A stretch of 64,000 nucleotides of DNA from Alphaproteobacteria bacterium (GTDB lineage Bacteria; Pseudomonadota; Alphaproteobacteria; UBA828): contig CAXXMU010000005.1 in the NCBI GenBank assembly GCA_963667785.2, positions 32,001 to 96,000 of the forward strand, read 5' to 3'. The number at the start of each line of letters is the position of its first letter. Within the stretch, counting starts at the first letter, position 1. Positions 1-9,947 of this stretch are shown piece after piece. The notes beneath the pieces were generated by a model. The model was given only the letters and a program-made list of their open reading frames with translations, was not told where the DNA came from and did not search any database. Position numbers and translations under genes: made by a program.

Positions 1-129
1 GCGCTCGAGGTCGTCGGCAAGGAGGCGGTCGAGGCGGCGATCACCCGCGCCAACGAGCGGCTGCTCGACGAGGGGCCGCCCGGCCCGGATCCCGACTACC
101 TGCGCGACCTGCAGGAGGAAGCGGCATGA
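1..129 (+). CDS. partial prophage hypothetical protein (5' truncated by window edge)
   Basis: Open frame from base 1 (ALEVVGKEAV...LQEEAA*), with its TGA overlapping the next ATG (ATGA coupling typical of phage operons). Confidence 0.6.
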   Translation, partial: ALEVVGKEAVEAAITRANERLLDEGPPGPDPDYLRDLQEEAA

Positions 130-413
130 GCCGGTACGACAACCTCCCTTTCCTGGAGACACCGAGCGATATCGAGCGCTTCGTCGAGAAGGCGCGCTAC
201 GGGGACGCGGCCCTCTATCCGTGCGACCCGCAGATGGCAGCGGAGTCGCCCCTGGCGCAGTGCAGGGCCCTCGCGTGGCGGCTGGCGTGCCAGGGCCTGG
301 TCGCGCTCTTCAAGATGCGGGCGGAGGATGACCGTCTGCACTCCGTCATGCTGAGGCTCGGGCCGGAGACCGCCAAGCAGCTCGGCAGGCCTCAGTACCA
401 GATCGAGCCATGA
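126..413 (+). CDS. prophage hypothetical protein
   Basis: GGAGG RBS, ATGA coupling at both ends. Confidence 0.65.
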   Translation: MSRYDNLPFLETPSDIERFVEKARYGDAALYPCDPQMAAESPLAQCRALAWRLACQGLVALFKMRAEDDRLHSVMLRLGPETAKQLGRPQYQIEP

Positions 414-922
414 CCGCGCCCCGCATCTTGCGCTTCCGCTGGGACGGCCGGGTCATGGTTCCGGTCTACCCTGGGGTCGCCGCCAAGCAGTACGAGGTCG
501 GAGAGGTCTATCCGCTCGAAGTCCGTGAGGATCGGTCGATCAACAGCCACCGTCACTTCTTCGCGGTCGTCCGCGAGGGCTGGCAGAACCTGCCGGAAGC
601 GCAAGCGCAGCGGTTCCCGACCGAGGACCATCTTCGGAAGTGGCTCCTGATCCGCACGGGCTTCCGGGACGAACGCAGCATCCCCCTTGCCTCCAAGGCC
701 GAGGCGCAGCGCGTCGCCGCGTTCGTCAAGCCGCTCGACGACTTTGCGGTCGTGGTGGCACGGGAGGCGACGGTGACCGTGCTGACCGCGAAGAGCCAGT
801 CCGTGAAGGCCATGGGCAGGGCGGAGTTCCAGAAGTCGAAGGACGCCGTGCTCGACGAGCTCGCCGCGATGATCAGCGTTGATCGGAAGGCGCTGGAACA
901 GAACGCGGGGAAGGCCGCATAG
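410..922 (+). CDS. phage protein, probably NinB/DUF1367-like recombination-associated family
   Basis: RSINSHRHFFA and SQSVKAMGRAEF motifs recall NinB/DUF1367-type proteins; phage context. Confidence 0.55.
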   Translation: MTAPRILRFRWDGRVMVPVYPGVAAKQYEVGEVYPLEVREDRSINSHRHFFAVVREGWQNLPEAQAQRFPTEDHLRKWLLIRTGFRDERSIPLASKAEAQRVAAFVKPLDDFAVVVAREATVTVLTAKSQSVKAMGRAEFQKSKDAVLDELAAMISVDRKALEQNAGKAA

Positions 923-1228
923 GTGGGTGAGATCGCTGAAATGATGCTCGACGGCACCATGTGCGAGGGGTGCGGCGAGTTCCTGAGTGGCGAAGCGAGC
1001 GGCCACCCCGACCACTGCTCGGCGCAATGCGCCCGCGAACGCGGGGCCGACTGGTGGCTCGAGCTGAAGGGCTACGAGGCCGGCGCCGCGCCCTCTCGCA
1101 AGGCTCGCAAGCGGAGGCGGCCGAAAGGCCCGCGCGACACCGCCTGCCCGGTCTGCGACAAGATGTTTCGGGGGCAGGAAGGCATGGAGAACCACCGCCG
1201 CATGAAGCACGGGGGAGGAGCCGCATGA
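923..1228 (+). CDS. phage zinc-binding protein with C-terminal C2H2 finger
   Basis: CEGC...CSAQC plus CPVCDKMFRGQEGMENHRRMKH. Confidence 0.65.
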   Translation: MGEIAEMMLDGTMCEGCGEFLSGEASGHPDHCSAQCARERGADWWLELKGYEAGAAPSRKARKRRRPKGPRDTACPVCDKMFRGQEGMENHRRMKHGGGAA

Positions 1229-1548
1229 GACGCCGCCGCTTCCCGCCCCGCGTCTATGCCGAAATCGTGAAGCGGCAGGACGGGATCTGCGCGTGCGGGT
1301 GCGGAGAGGCGCTGGGCACCGACCCGCGCGACATCCAGTACGACCACGAAATCCCGCTCTGGAAAGGCGGTGAGGACACGCCGGAGAATCTCCGTGCGCT
1401 GCGGAAGAAGCACCATCTGGCCAAGACCATCGGCGAGGCCAAGGACCGCGCGAAGTTCCGGCGGATCGCCGAGCGCGGCGGGATGACGAAGCGGAGGATG
1501 AGTCGGCACGACCGCGACCTCGCCCGGTATCTGGAGGAGCGCACATGA
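1225..1548 (+). CDS. HNH endonuclease (phage)
   Basis: CACGC...YDHEIPLWKGGEDTPENLRALRKKHH; ATG at 1225 after GGAGGAG and overlapping the upstream stop. Confidence 0.85.
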   Translation: MRRRRFPPRVYAEIVKRQDGICACGCGEALGTDPRDIQYDHEIPLWKGGEDTPENLRALRKKHHLAKTIGEAKDRAKFRRIAERGGMTKRRMSRHDRDLARYLEERT

Positions 1549-1802
1549 CCTCCCCCAAGATACCCTTGGCCGACATGCCGGCATGGCCCCGGTTTCTTTG
1601 CGAGTACGAGGCGGCCGCCTATGTCCGCCTCTCCGTCAACACCTTCAGGGACGGCGTCGGCACCATCTGGCCGAATGCGGTCCGCGTCGGCCGGCGCAAG
1701 CTCTACGACCGGCTCGCGCTGGACCGCTCGGTCGACGAGCTCTCGAAGGGCCAGACGGGTGCGCCCGCCGTTGACAAGGAGGGTGACTTTGCACTTGGCT
1801 GA
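1545..1802 (+). CDS. excisionase-like HTH DNA-binding protein
   Basis: EAAAYVRLSVNTF...VRVGRRKLYDRLALD motif, directly upstream of the integrase. Confidence 0.8.
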   Translation: MTSPKIPLADMPAWPRFLCEYEAAAYVRLSVNTFRDGVGTIWPNAVRVGRRKLYDRLALDRSVDELSKGQTGAPAVDKEGDFALG

Positions 1803-1806
1803 GGAC

Positions 1807-2901
1807 ATGCGTCGGCAGCTTCCGCCCTACGTCTACCGCGAACGCTCGCGGCATGGTCGATCGGTGCTGTACTTCCGCCGCGGCAAGGGGCGGCGGATCA
1901 GGCTGCCCGACGTTCCGACGTCGCCCGAGTTCGATGCGGCGTATCGCGCCGCGCTGACCGGCGAGGCGCCGCCGGGGTCACCCGATCAGGCCCCGCCGCC
2001 TCATTCGCTGCGCTGGCTGATCGACCGCTACCGGGAGAGTGCTGCCTGGCGGCAACTGTCCCCCGGCACGCGCCGACAGCGGGAGGGGGTCTTCCTGCGC
2101 GCCATCCGGCAGGCGAACAACCCGCCCTTCGCCGCGATCACCCGGGCCCACATCCAGGCCGTGCTGGACAAGCGGGCGGACAGGCCGGCCTCGGCCAACA
2201 CCTTCCTCAACGCGATACGAGGACTGTTCGCGTGGGCCGTGCTGAACGGGCATGTCGAGCACGACCCGACCGCCGGCGTCCGGCGCGTGCGGTATCGGAG
2301 CGCCGGCTTCGCTCCGTGGACGCCGGAGGACGTGCATGCGTTCCGCGCGCGCCATCCGATCGGCACCAAGGCGCACCTCGTCATGGAGTTCATCCTGCTC
2401 ACCGGCCTGCGCCGCTCCGATGTCGTGCGGGCCGGCCGCCAGCACCTGCGCGGCGACGTGCTCACGATCCGCACCGCGAAGACGGGGGCGGTGGTCACGA
2501 TGCGGCTTCCGCAGCACCTGCTCGACCTGATCGAGCGCTCGCCGTCGGGGGGCATGCACTTCGTGGTCAGCGAGCACGGGCGCCCGTTCACGGTGGCGAG
2601 CTTCGGCAACTGGTTCAGCGCCCGGTGCCGCGAGGCAGGCGTCGAGAAGAGCGCGCACGGGCTCCGCAAGCTGTCCGCGACGCTCGCGGCCAACGGCGGC
2701 GCGACCGCGCATCAGCTCAAGGCGCAGTTCGGCTGGAGCAAGCTCGAGCAGGCGGAGGTCTACACGGCCAGCGCCAACAGGACTCGGCTGGGGAAGGAAT
2801 CGTCGGAGATCGTGGCGGGGCAGATCGAGAACGCCATTCCCCGCACCTTGGTTTCGGAGGCCCCGCACCCTGCAAAAGGTGCTCTCAAATCATGCAGTTA
2901 G
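1807..2901 (+). CDS. int: tyrosine recombinase / phage integrase
   Basis: TGLRRSD (R), TAKTG (K), HGLRK (HxxR), FGW and EVYT (Y) catalytic motifs; N-terminal YFRR arm-binding region; ATG 1807 after GAGG. Confidence 0.93.
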   Translation: MRRQLPPYVYRERSRHGRSVLYFRRGKGRRIRLPDVPTSPEFDAAYRAALTGEAPPGSPDQAPPPHSLRWLIDRYRESAAWRQLSPGTRRQREGVFLRAIRQANNPPFAAITRAHIQAVLDKRADRPASANTFLNAIRGLFAWAVLNGHVEHDPTAGVRRVRYRSAGFAPWTPEDVHAFRARHPIGTKAHLVMEFILLTGLRRSDVVRAGRQHLRGDVLTIRTAKTGAVVTMRLPQHLLDLIERSPSGGMHFVVSEHGRPFTVASFGNWFSARCREAGVEKSAHGLRKLSATLAANGGATAHQLKAQFGWSKLEQAEVYTASANRTRLGKESSEIVAGQIENAIPRTLVSEAPHPAKGALKSCS

Positions 2902-3193
2902 AAATGCGGTGCGAACTCGGGCAGAGTCCATAGCAATCCATCTCATCACGATGTTTCCGAGATGTCTACCTCGGAGACGCTCGCAGCGATAACCCGCGAA
3001 TGCGGCCGCCTGCCGAGACCGGTTGCCATGGTTGCTGCCGGGGGTCGTCCGGGCTCTCTGTCCCGCTCCACTGCAGCCCTCCCGCACATCCTGGCGACAT
3101 CCTCCCTGTCGTAGGGCATGCTGTCACCGAAGCACGCCACAACTATGGCGCCGATGCAAGGGATTAATCGACATTAATTTATCCCGCCTCCGC

Positions 3194-3886
3194 TCAACTT
3201 GCGCCGGCATCGAGGGCGTAGCCGGCGGAGCGGACGGTGCGGATCAGGTCCGGCCTATCCTGGCCGTTGAGCGCCTGGCGCAGGCGGCGGACGTGGACAT
3301 CGACGGTGCGGCTCTCGATGAAGATGTCCGGCCCCCAGACGGAATCCAGCAACTGCTCGCGCGAGAAGACGCGGCCGGGGTGCTCCATCAGGTGGCGCAG
3401 GAGGCGGAACTCGGTGGGGCCGAGGTGGATGGCGGCGTCCTCGCGCGTGACCCGGTGGGCGGCGAGGTCCATGCGGAGGTCGGCGTAGGTGAGCACCTCG
3501 TCGCCCAGCGCAGGCCGCAGGCGGCGCAGGATCGCGCGGATGCGGGCGAGAAGCTCGGCGGGCGAGAAGGGCTTGACCACGTAGTCGTCGGCGCCGCCGT
3601 CGAGCCCGCGCACCCGGTCGGCCTCCTCGCCGCGCGCGGTCAGCATGACGATGGGGAGCGGCTGCGGGTCGGAGCGGCGGCGCACGCGGCGGCAGACCTC
3701 GATGCCGCTGAGGGTCGGCAGCATCCAGTCGAGCACCATCAGGTCGGGGCGGCGCTCTTCGACCATGAGCAGCGCCTCCTCGCCGTCGACGGCCTCGCCC
3801 ACCTCGAAGCCGGCCTTCTCCAGGTTGTAGCGGAGCAGCGTGAGGAGGGCGGCCTCGTCCTCGACGATCAGGATGTAGGGCTTCAT
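3194..3886 (-). CDS. phoB: phosphate regulon response regulator PhoB
   Basis: ILIVEDE, LDWMLP, GADDYVVKPFS, LGPTEFRLL, RTVDVHVRRLR; coupled to phoU. Confidence 0.97.
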   Translation of the reverse strand: MKPYILIVEDEAALLTLLRYNLEKAGFEVGEAVDGEEALLMVEERRPDLMVLDWMLPTLSGIEVCRRVRRRSDPQPLPIVMLTARGEEADRVRGLDGGADDYVVKPFSPAELLARIRAILRRLRPALGDEVLTYADLRMDLAAHRVTREDAAIHLGPTEFRLLRHLMEHPGRVFSREQLLDSVWGPDIFIESRTVDVHVRRLRQALNGQDRPDLIRTVRSAGYALDAGAS

Positions 3887-4611
3887 GACGCGGGCGCCTC
3901 CGTCTCGCCGTCGGCCTGGTGGAAGGACGTGACGTCGCCCTTGGGGCGTTCCTCCTCCACGGGCGTGCCGGTCACCACGTAGCTGACGGTCTCGGCGATG
4001 TTGGTGGCGTGGTCGCCGATCCGCTCGATGTTCTTGGCGATGAAGAGGAGGTGCGCGCACGGCGTGATGCGGCGCGGGTCCTCCATCATGTAGGTGAGCA
4101 GCTCGCGGAAGAGGCTGTTGTAGGATTCGTCCACGTCCTCGTCGCGGCGCCAGACGGCCATGGCGCGGTCCACGTCGCGGTCGCGGAAGGAATCGAGCAC
4201 GTCCTTGATCATGCCCTGGGCGACGCCGGCCATGCGCGAGATCGCGTGGGTGAGGCGGATGGGGTCGATCTCCTGGATGGCGATGGAGCGCTTGGCGACG
4301 TTGGCGGCGTAGTCTCCCATGCGCTCGAGGTCGCTCGCGACCTTGAGCGAGGCGGTGATGACGCGCAAGTCAACCGCCACCGGCTGGCGCAGCGCGAGGA
4401 TGCGGACCGCGAGGTGGTCGATCTCGGCCTCCAGCGCGTCGACGCGGCGGTCCTCGGTGATGACGCGGGAGGCGAGCTCGTCGTCGCGGCGGACGAGCGC
4501 GGCGATGGAGGCGGCGAGCTGCTGCTCGACGATGCCGCCCATCTCCAGGATCGCGTTGTTCATGCGATCCAGCTCCTCGTCGTAGGCCTTGACCGTGTGC
4601 TCCGCCGCCAT
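3883..4611 (-). CDS. phoU: phosphate signalling protein PhoU
   Basis: EHTVKAYDEEL, RQPVAVDLR, DLERMGD, KNIERIGDHATNIAE. Confidence 0.97.
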   Translation of the reverse strand: MAAEHTVKAYDEELDRMNNAILEMGGIVEQQLAASIAALVRRDDELASRVITEDRRVDALEAEIDHLAVRILALRQPVAVDLRVITASLKVASDLERMGDYAANVAKRSIAIQEIDPIRLTHAISRMAGVAQGMIKDVLDSFRDRDVDRAMAVWRRDEDVDESYNSLFRELLTYMMEDPRRITPCAHLLFIAKNIERIGDHATNIAETVSYVVTGTPVEEERPKGDVTSFHQADGETEAPAS

Positions 4612-4655
4612 CGGTCGCTCTCCTCAGTTCCCGGCCTTCGCCTCGTTCCCCGCGC

Positions 4656-5507
<852 letters not shown>

Positions 5508-5526
5508 GATACCACTCCCTGCCCGC

Positions 5527-6837
5527 CTAGAAGCGGACCTCGAACCTGCGCCTGAGATAGATCGCCACCGCGTTCATGGCGATGAGGAAGGCCAGCAGCA
5601 CGAGGATCGCCGCCGAGACCTTCTCGACGAAGCCACGCTCCGGGCTGTCCGCCCAGAGGAAGATCTGAACGGGGAGCGCCGTCGCCGGGTCGAAGGGGCC
5701 GCCGGGGATGTCGACGATGAAGGCCACCATCCCGATCATCAAGAGCGGCGCGGTCTCGCCCAGCGCCCTCGCCATGCCGATGATCGTGCCGGTGAGGATG
5801 CCGGGCGTGGCCAGCGGCAGCACGTGGTGGAAGACCATCTGGATGGGCGAGGCGCCGACGCCGTAGGCGCCCTCGCGGATCGAGGGCGGCACCGCCTTCA
5901 GCGCGGAGCGCGCCGCGATGATGATCGTCGGCAGCGTCATCAGGGTGAGCGTCAGCCCGCCCACGATGGGCGCCGACCGCGGCAGGTGAAAGAGGTTGAT
6001 GAACACCGCGAGCCCCAGCAGACCGAACACGATGGACGGCACCGCCGCGAGGTTGTTGATGTTCACCTCGATCATGTCGGTGATGCGGTTCTTAGGCGCG
6101 AACTCCTCGAGATAGATTGCCGCGGTCACGCCGATCGGGAAGGTCAGCACCAGCGTGACCAGCAACATGTAGAACGAGCCCGCGATGGCGCCGCCGATGC
6201 CGGCGATCTCCGGCTCCCGCGAATCCGCATTCGTGAAGAACGCGCCGTTGAATCCGGTCTCGATGAAGCCGGCGGCATCGAGCCTGTCGATCCAGCCCAA
6301 CTGCTGGTCGTCGAGGCGTCGCTCGTCCTCCGGCACGTCGCGCGGCGCGCTTCCCTTGTTGAGCATGTCCAGGTCGCTCGACGCGGTAAGCCAGACGCGC
6401 CACGTGGTGCCGACGATCGAGGGATCGTCAACCAGCAGCTCCCGCAACTCGAAGCGCGCAGCCGTGCTCACGAGCTTCAGGAGCTTGCGCCGCTCCTTCC
6501 GCGTGGTCACCTCGGGGAAGGCAGCGAAGACGGCTTCCCGCAAGAGCTTGCCGTAATCCGCGCGCTGCAGCTCTTCGGCGGTGGGCGCCTCGCCCACGCC
6601 GAGGACCTTGGGATCGAAATCGACCTCGAGCGCGACCGATGTCCTGACGAAGGCAGGGTAGCCCTCGGCGATGACGCTGCCGATCAGCAGCGCAAGGAAG
6701 CCGAGTGCCACGAAGACGGCGACAAGGCCGTAGGCCTTGAAGCGGCGCTCGGCACGGTAGCGCCGGCGCAGCCTGCGCTTCGTCCAATCCGCGTCCTGCC
6801 AGGCTCCGGCGAGCCGCGGTTCTGCGATGTCAATCAT
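5527..6837 (-). CDS. pstA: phosphate ABC transporter permease PstA
   Basis: [29 protein letters not shown]. Confidence 0.96.
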   Translation of the reverse strand: MIDIAEPRLAGAWQDADWTKRRLRRRYRAERRFKAYGLVAVFVALGFLALLIGSVIAEGYPAFVRTSVALEVDFDPKVLGVGEAPTAEELQRADYGKLLREAVFAAFPEVTTRKERRKLLKLVSTAARFELRELLVDDPSIVGTTWRVWLTASSDLDMLNKGSAPRDVPEDERRLDDQQLGWIDRLDAAGFIETGFNGAFFTNADSREPEIAGIGGAIAGSFYMLLVTLVLTFPIGVTAAIYLEEFAPKNRITDMIEVNINNLAAVPSIVFGLLGLAVFINLFHLPRSAPIVGGLTLTLMTLPTIIIAARSALKAVPPSIREGAYGVGASPIQMVFHHVLPLATPGILTGTIIGMARALGETAPLLMIGMVAFIVDIPGGPFDPATALPVQIFLWADSPERGFVEKVSAAILVLLAFLIAMNAVAIYLRRRFEVRF

Positions 6838-8212
6838 ACTGCTCCCGATACTTGCGCGCGATGTGGAGCGCGAAGATGTTGAGCGCCAGCGTCACGACGA
6901 AGAGCATGAGCCCGAGCGCGAAGGCCGCCAGCGTCTTGGCGCTGTCGAACTCCTGATCGCCCACTAGCAGCGTCACGATCTGCACCGTGACAGTGGTCAC
7001 CGCATCGAGCGGATTGGCGGTGAGGTTGGCGGCGAGGCCCGCGGCCATCACCACGATCATGGTCTCGCCGATGGCCCGGCTCACGGCGAGAAGGCAGGCG
7101 GCGACGATCCCGTGCAACGCCGCCGGCAGGATCACCTTGACCACGGTCTCCGACTTGGTGGCCCCCATGGCGAGCGAGCCCTCGCGCAGCGAATTCGGCA
7201 CGGCGACGATGGCGTCATCGCTCAGCGACGAGATGAAGGGGATGATCATGATGCCCATGACGACGCCGGCGGCGAGCGCGCTTTCGGACGCCACGTCGAG
7301 GCCGATCGATTCGCCGATTCCCCTGAACGTCGGCGCCACCACCAGCGCAGCGAAGAAGCCGTAGACCACCGTGGGCACGCCGGCCAGGATCTCCAGGATC
7401 GGCTTGGTCACGTTGCGGAAGCGGGGGCTGGCGAACTCGGCCATGTAGATGGCGGCGAAGAGGCCGACCGGGAGCGCCACCAGCATCGCGATCAGCGTGA
7501 TCATCAGCGTGCCGGTGAAGAGCGGTATCGCGCCGAAGGCGCCGGTGCTGCCCACTTGGTCCGCACGGATGGCGGTCTGCGGGCTCCATTTCAGGCCGAA
7601 GAGGAAGTCCCAGAAGGGGATGATCGAGAAGAAGCGGATCGATTCGAACAGCACCGAGAGGACGATGCCGATGGTGGTGACGATCGCGACGCAGGAGGAC
7701 AGGATGAGCGCGATGTTCACGAAGCGCTCGACCTTGTTGCGCGCCCGCAAGGAAGGCGCAATGCGGCGCCAGGCCCAGCCGAAGCCGGCGCCTCCCACGG
7801 CGAGCCCGATCGCCAGCACCGCGGCCTGGGCGGTGGCTTTCATGCTGGCGTAGCGGTCCGCCGCGGCCTGCAGGGCCGGGTCCACCTCGCGGCTCACCAC
7901 GTCGCCCGATGCCAGGTTGCGCACGTCGTTGAGAAGGAGGCCGATCATCGCCTCCGACTGCTCCGCCACCACCGGCCCGAGCGTGGAGAGCAGCAGTGCC
8001 TCCAGGATCGGCGCCTCGATGATCAGCCAGACGACGAGGACGATGCCGGAAGGAATCCCGCACCAGAGCGCCATGTACCAGCCGTGATAGCCCGGCATCG
8101 AGTGGAGCTTGCCGAGATTGGAGCCGGCCGCGCTCAGCGCCCGGCGACGACCGAAATAGAGGCCGATGACCGCCAGCGCTAGAATCGCGATGAGGAGGAT
8201 GGTGAGCTGCAC
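6830..8212 (-). CDS. pstC: phosphate ABC transporter permease PstC
   Basis: LEILAGVPTVVYGFF, SRAIGETMIV, GDQEFDS. Confidence 0.96.
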   Translation of the reverse strand: MQLTILLIAILALAVIGLYFGRRRALSAAGSNLGKLHSMPGYHGWYMALWCGIPSGIVLVVWLIIEAPILEALLLSTLGPVVAEQSEAMIGLLLNDVRNLASGDVVSREVDPALQAAADRYASMKATAQAAVLAIGLAVGGAGFGWAWRRIAPSLRARNKVERFVNIALILSSCVAIVTTIGIVLSVLFESIRFFSIIPFWDFLFGLKWSPQTAIRADQVGSTGAFGAIPLFTGTLMITLIAMLVALPVGLFAAIYMAEFASPRFRNVTKPILEILAGVPTVVYGFFAALVVAPTFRGIGESIGLDVASESALAAGVVMGIMIIPFISSLSDDAIVAVPNSLREGSLAMGATKSETVVKVILPAALHGIVAACLLAVSRAIGETMIVVMAAGLAANLTANPLDAVTTVTVQIVTLLVGDQEFDSAKTLAAFALGLMLFVVTLALNIFALHIARKYREQYD

Positions 8213-8285
8213 GCCGTCCGGCCGTCCCCGCGGCTTGCGCTCGGTCGAGCGAGCGCGAGCCCAGCGTGTTATCGGGCCGGTTCAG

Positions 8286-8318
8286 GAATAAGTCAGATTT
8301 GTTACGCTATTATGACGG
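8286..8318 (-). promoter_or_regulatory. Pho box upstream of pstC
   Basis: Minus strand ccGTCATaata-gcGTAACaaat-ctGACTTattc: 11-bp periodic units resembling CTGTCAT-N4. Confidence 0.75.
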
Positions 8319-9785
8319 CGCCCCCGGCGCGGCGGCCGTCGTGCCACCGGCCGGACCCTCGCTGCTCCCCGCTACCGCTGCGTCCTGCGCGCCCTCAGCC
8401 GGCTGCAGGTAGACCGTGAACGTGCTGCCTTGGCCGGGGGCGCTGTCGACGGTGAGCGCGCCGCGGTGCCGGTTCACGATGTGCTTGACGATGGCGAGCC
8501 CGAGCCCGGTGCCGCCGAGCTCGCGCGAGCGCGCCTTGTCGACTCGGTAGAAGCGTTCCGTGAGCCGCGGCAGGTGCTCGCGCGGGATCCCCGCACCCTG
8601 GTCGACGACGGAGACCGAGACCGCGCCGTCCCTCCCCGCCGCCCAGCCGGTCGCCTGCGCCTCCGCGACCCGGCGCGCCTCCACCCTCACCGTGCCCCGG
8701 TCGTCGCCATACTTGATCGCGTTGTCGACGAGGTTGAGGAACACCTGGGTGAGCTCGTCGCCGTCGCCGATCACCGCCGGCAATGCGTCCTCGGCGTCGA
8801 TGGCGACCGCGACGCCGCGCCTCTCGGCCTGCCAGGCGAGGGTGTTCCGGACATGGGTGAGCAGGGAGGGGAGCGGCACCGAGTCCGTGGGCGGCGTGTG
8901 CTCGTTCATCTCGATGCGCGAGAGCGAGAGCAGGTCCTCGACCAGGCGCGCCATGCGCTTGCCGTGCTGGTCCATGATGGCGAGGAAGCGCTCCCGCGCC
9001 TCCGCGTCGTCGCGGGCCGAGCCCTGCAGCGTCTCGATGAAGCCCATCAGGGTGGCGAGCGGGGTGCGGATTTCGTGGCTCGCATTGGCGACGAAATCGG
9101 CCCGCATCTGGTCGGTGCGGCGCACCGCCGTCAAGTCGACGAGCGCGAGCAGCAGCGCGGCCCCGCCCTCTCTCGGCTCCGGCAGTGGCTCGACCCGCGC
9201 CGCGAAGGTGCGCTCGACGGGCGCCTGCAGGGTGAACTCGATGTCGCGCCCGCCGCCGCCGTCGATGGTCTGCTCCACCGCCTCGATGAGCTGCGGATTG
9301 CGCAGGGAGGCGGAGATGTGCCGCCCGCTCACCTCGTCGCCCAGCAGCGACGTCGCCGCCCGGTTGGCGCGGACGATCTTGCGGTCGGCACCCAGCAGGA
9401 GCAGCGGCTCGGGCAATGCGTCGAGCGCGCGATCGAGCTCGGCACGCTCGCCGGCGAGCCGCGCCCGGCCCTCCGCAGCGGCGCGCAGGTGGCGTTCGAT
9501 CGCGATCGCGAGCTCACGGGTCAGCGTCCCCGCCGGCGCGTTCTCTCCGCTGCCGGTCCCTTCCCCGGCGGATGTCTCCACGTGGCGCGCCAGCAGGCCG
9601 ACCTCCCTGAGCGCCACGTAGGCCACCAGGGCCGCCAGCAGGCTGAGGCCGGCCCAGGCTGCGGCCGCGGGGACGGGCGGCGTGAGATCGAGCAGGGCCA
9701 GCAGGAGGAAGGCGAGCCCGAGCGGGAGCGACGCCGCAAGGCTGATCCGTGCCCACCGGCGGAGCGGAACAACGTGCGCCGCCAT
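8310..9785 (-). CDS. phoR: phosphate regulon sensor histidine kinase PhoR
   Basis: Two TM helices, PAS-like region, DFVANASHEIRTPL, NLVDNAIKY, RLTERFYRVD, GGTGLGLAIVKH. Confidence 0.95.
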   Translation of the reverse strand: MAAHVVPLRRWARISLAASLPLGLAFLLLALLDLTPPVPAAAAWAGLSLLAALVAYVALREVGLLARHVETSAGEGTGSGENAPAGTLTRELAIAIERHLRAAAEGRARLAGERAELDRALDALPEPLLLLGADRKIVRANRAATSLLGDEVSGRHISASLRNPQLIEAVEQTIDGGGGRDIEFTLQAPVERTFAARVEPLPEPREGGAALLLALVDLTAVRRTDQMRADFVANASHEIRTPLATLMGFIETLQGSARDDAEARERFLAIMDQHGKRMARLVEDLLSLSRIEMNEHTPPTDSVPLPSLLTHVRNTLAWQAERRGVAVAIDAEDALPAVIGDGDELTQVFLNLVDNAIKYGDDRGTVRVEARRVAEAQATGWAAGRDGAVSVSVVDQGAGIPREHLPRLTERFYRVDKARSRELGGTGLGLAIVKHIVNRHRGALTVDSAPGQGSTFTVYLQPAEGAQDAAVAGSSEGPAGGTTAAAPGAPS

Positions 9786-9845
9786 CGTTCGGCTCCCTCC
9801 GCTCGGTGATCCGTCTACCTGAGTCTATCAAAGGGCGCAGGGTGC

Positions 9846-9867
9846 AGGCATGACGAATATATGTCAG
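9846..9867 (-). promoter_or_regulatory. Pho box upstream of phoR
   Basis: Minus strand CTGACATatat-TCGTCATgcct, two units 11 bp apart. Confidence 0.65.
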
Positions 9868-9947
9868 CCGGAGGGCAGCGGCGAGGGCGGCCGGCGCACG
9901 AAACGCCGGCCGTGACCGTGGCGAGAAATCCGGGCTAATGTCGCGCC

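Larger units (their letters stand above)
1..2980 (+). mobile_element. right-hand end of a prophage or integrative element
   Basis: Tightly coupled short co-oriented ORFs, HNH nuclease, excisionase-like HTH and tyrosine integrase, followed abruptly by host pho genes. Confidence 0.85.

Noticed and set aside
1621-1806. N-terminal extension of the integrase given in the ORF track
   Set aside because: Overlaps the excisionase gene; the integrase-like sequence and an RBS begin at 1807
2902-2945. tRNA 3' end as the prophage att site
   Set aside because: GGTGCGAACTCGGGCAGAGT only loosely resembles a reverse-complement tRNA end; there is no T-loop or cloverleaf
2946-3140. 64-aa minus-strand ORF downstream of phoB
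   Set aside because: No motif or clear coding bias; kept only as part of a low-interest regulatory observation
3164-3177. CtrA binding site
   Set aside because: Spacing is TTAA-N6-TTAA, not the canonical N7
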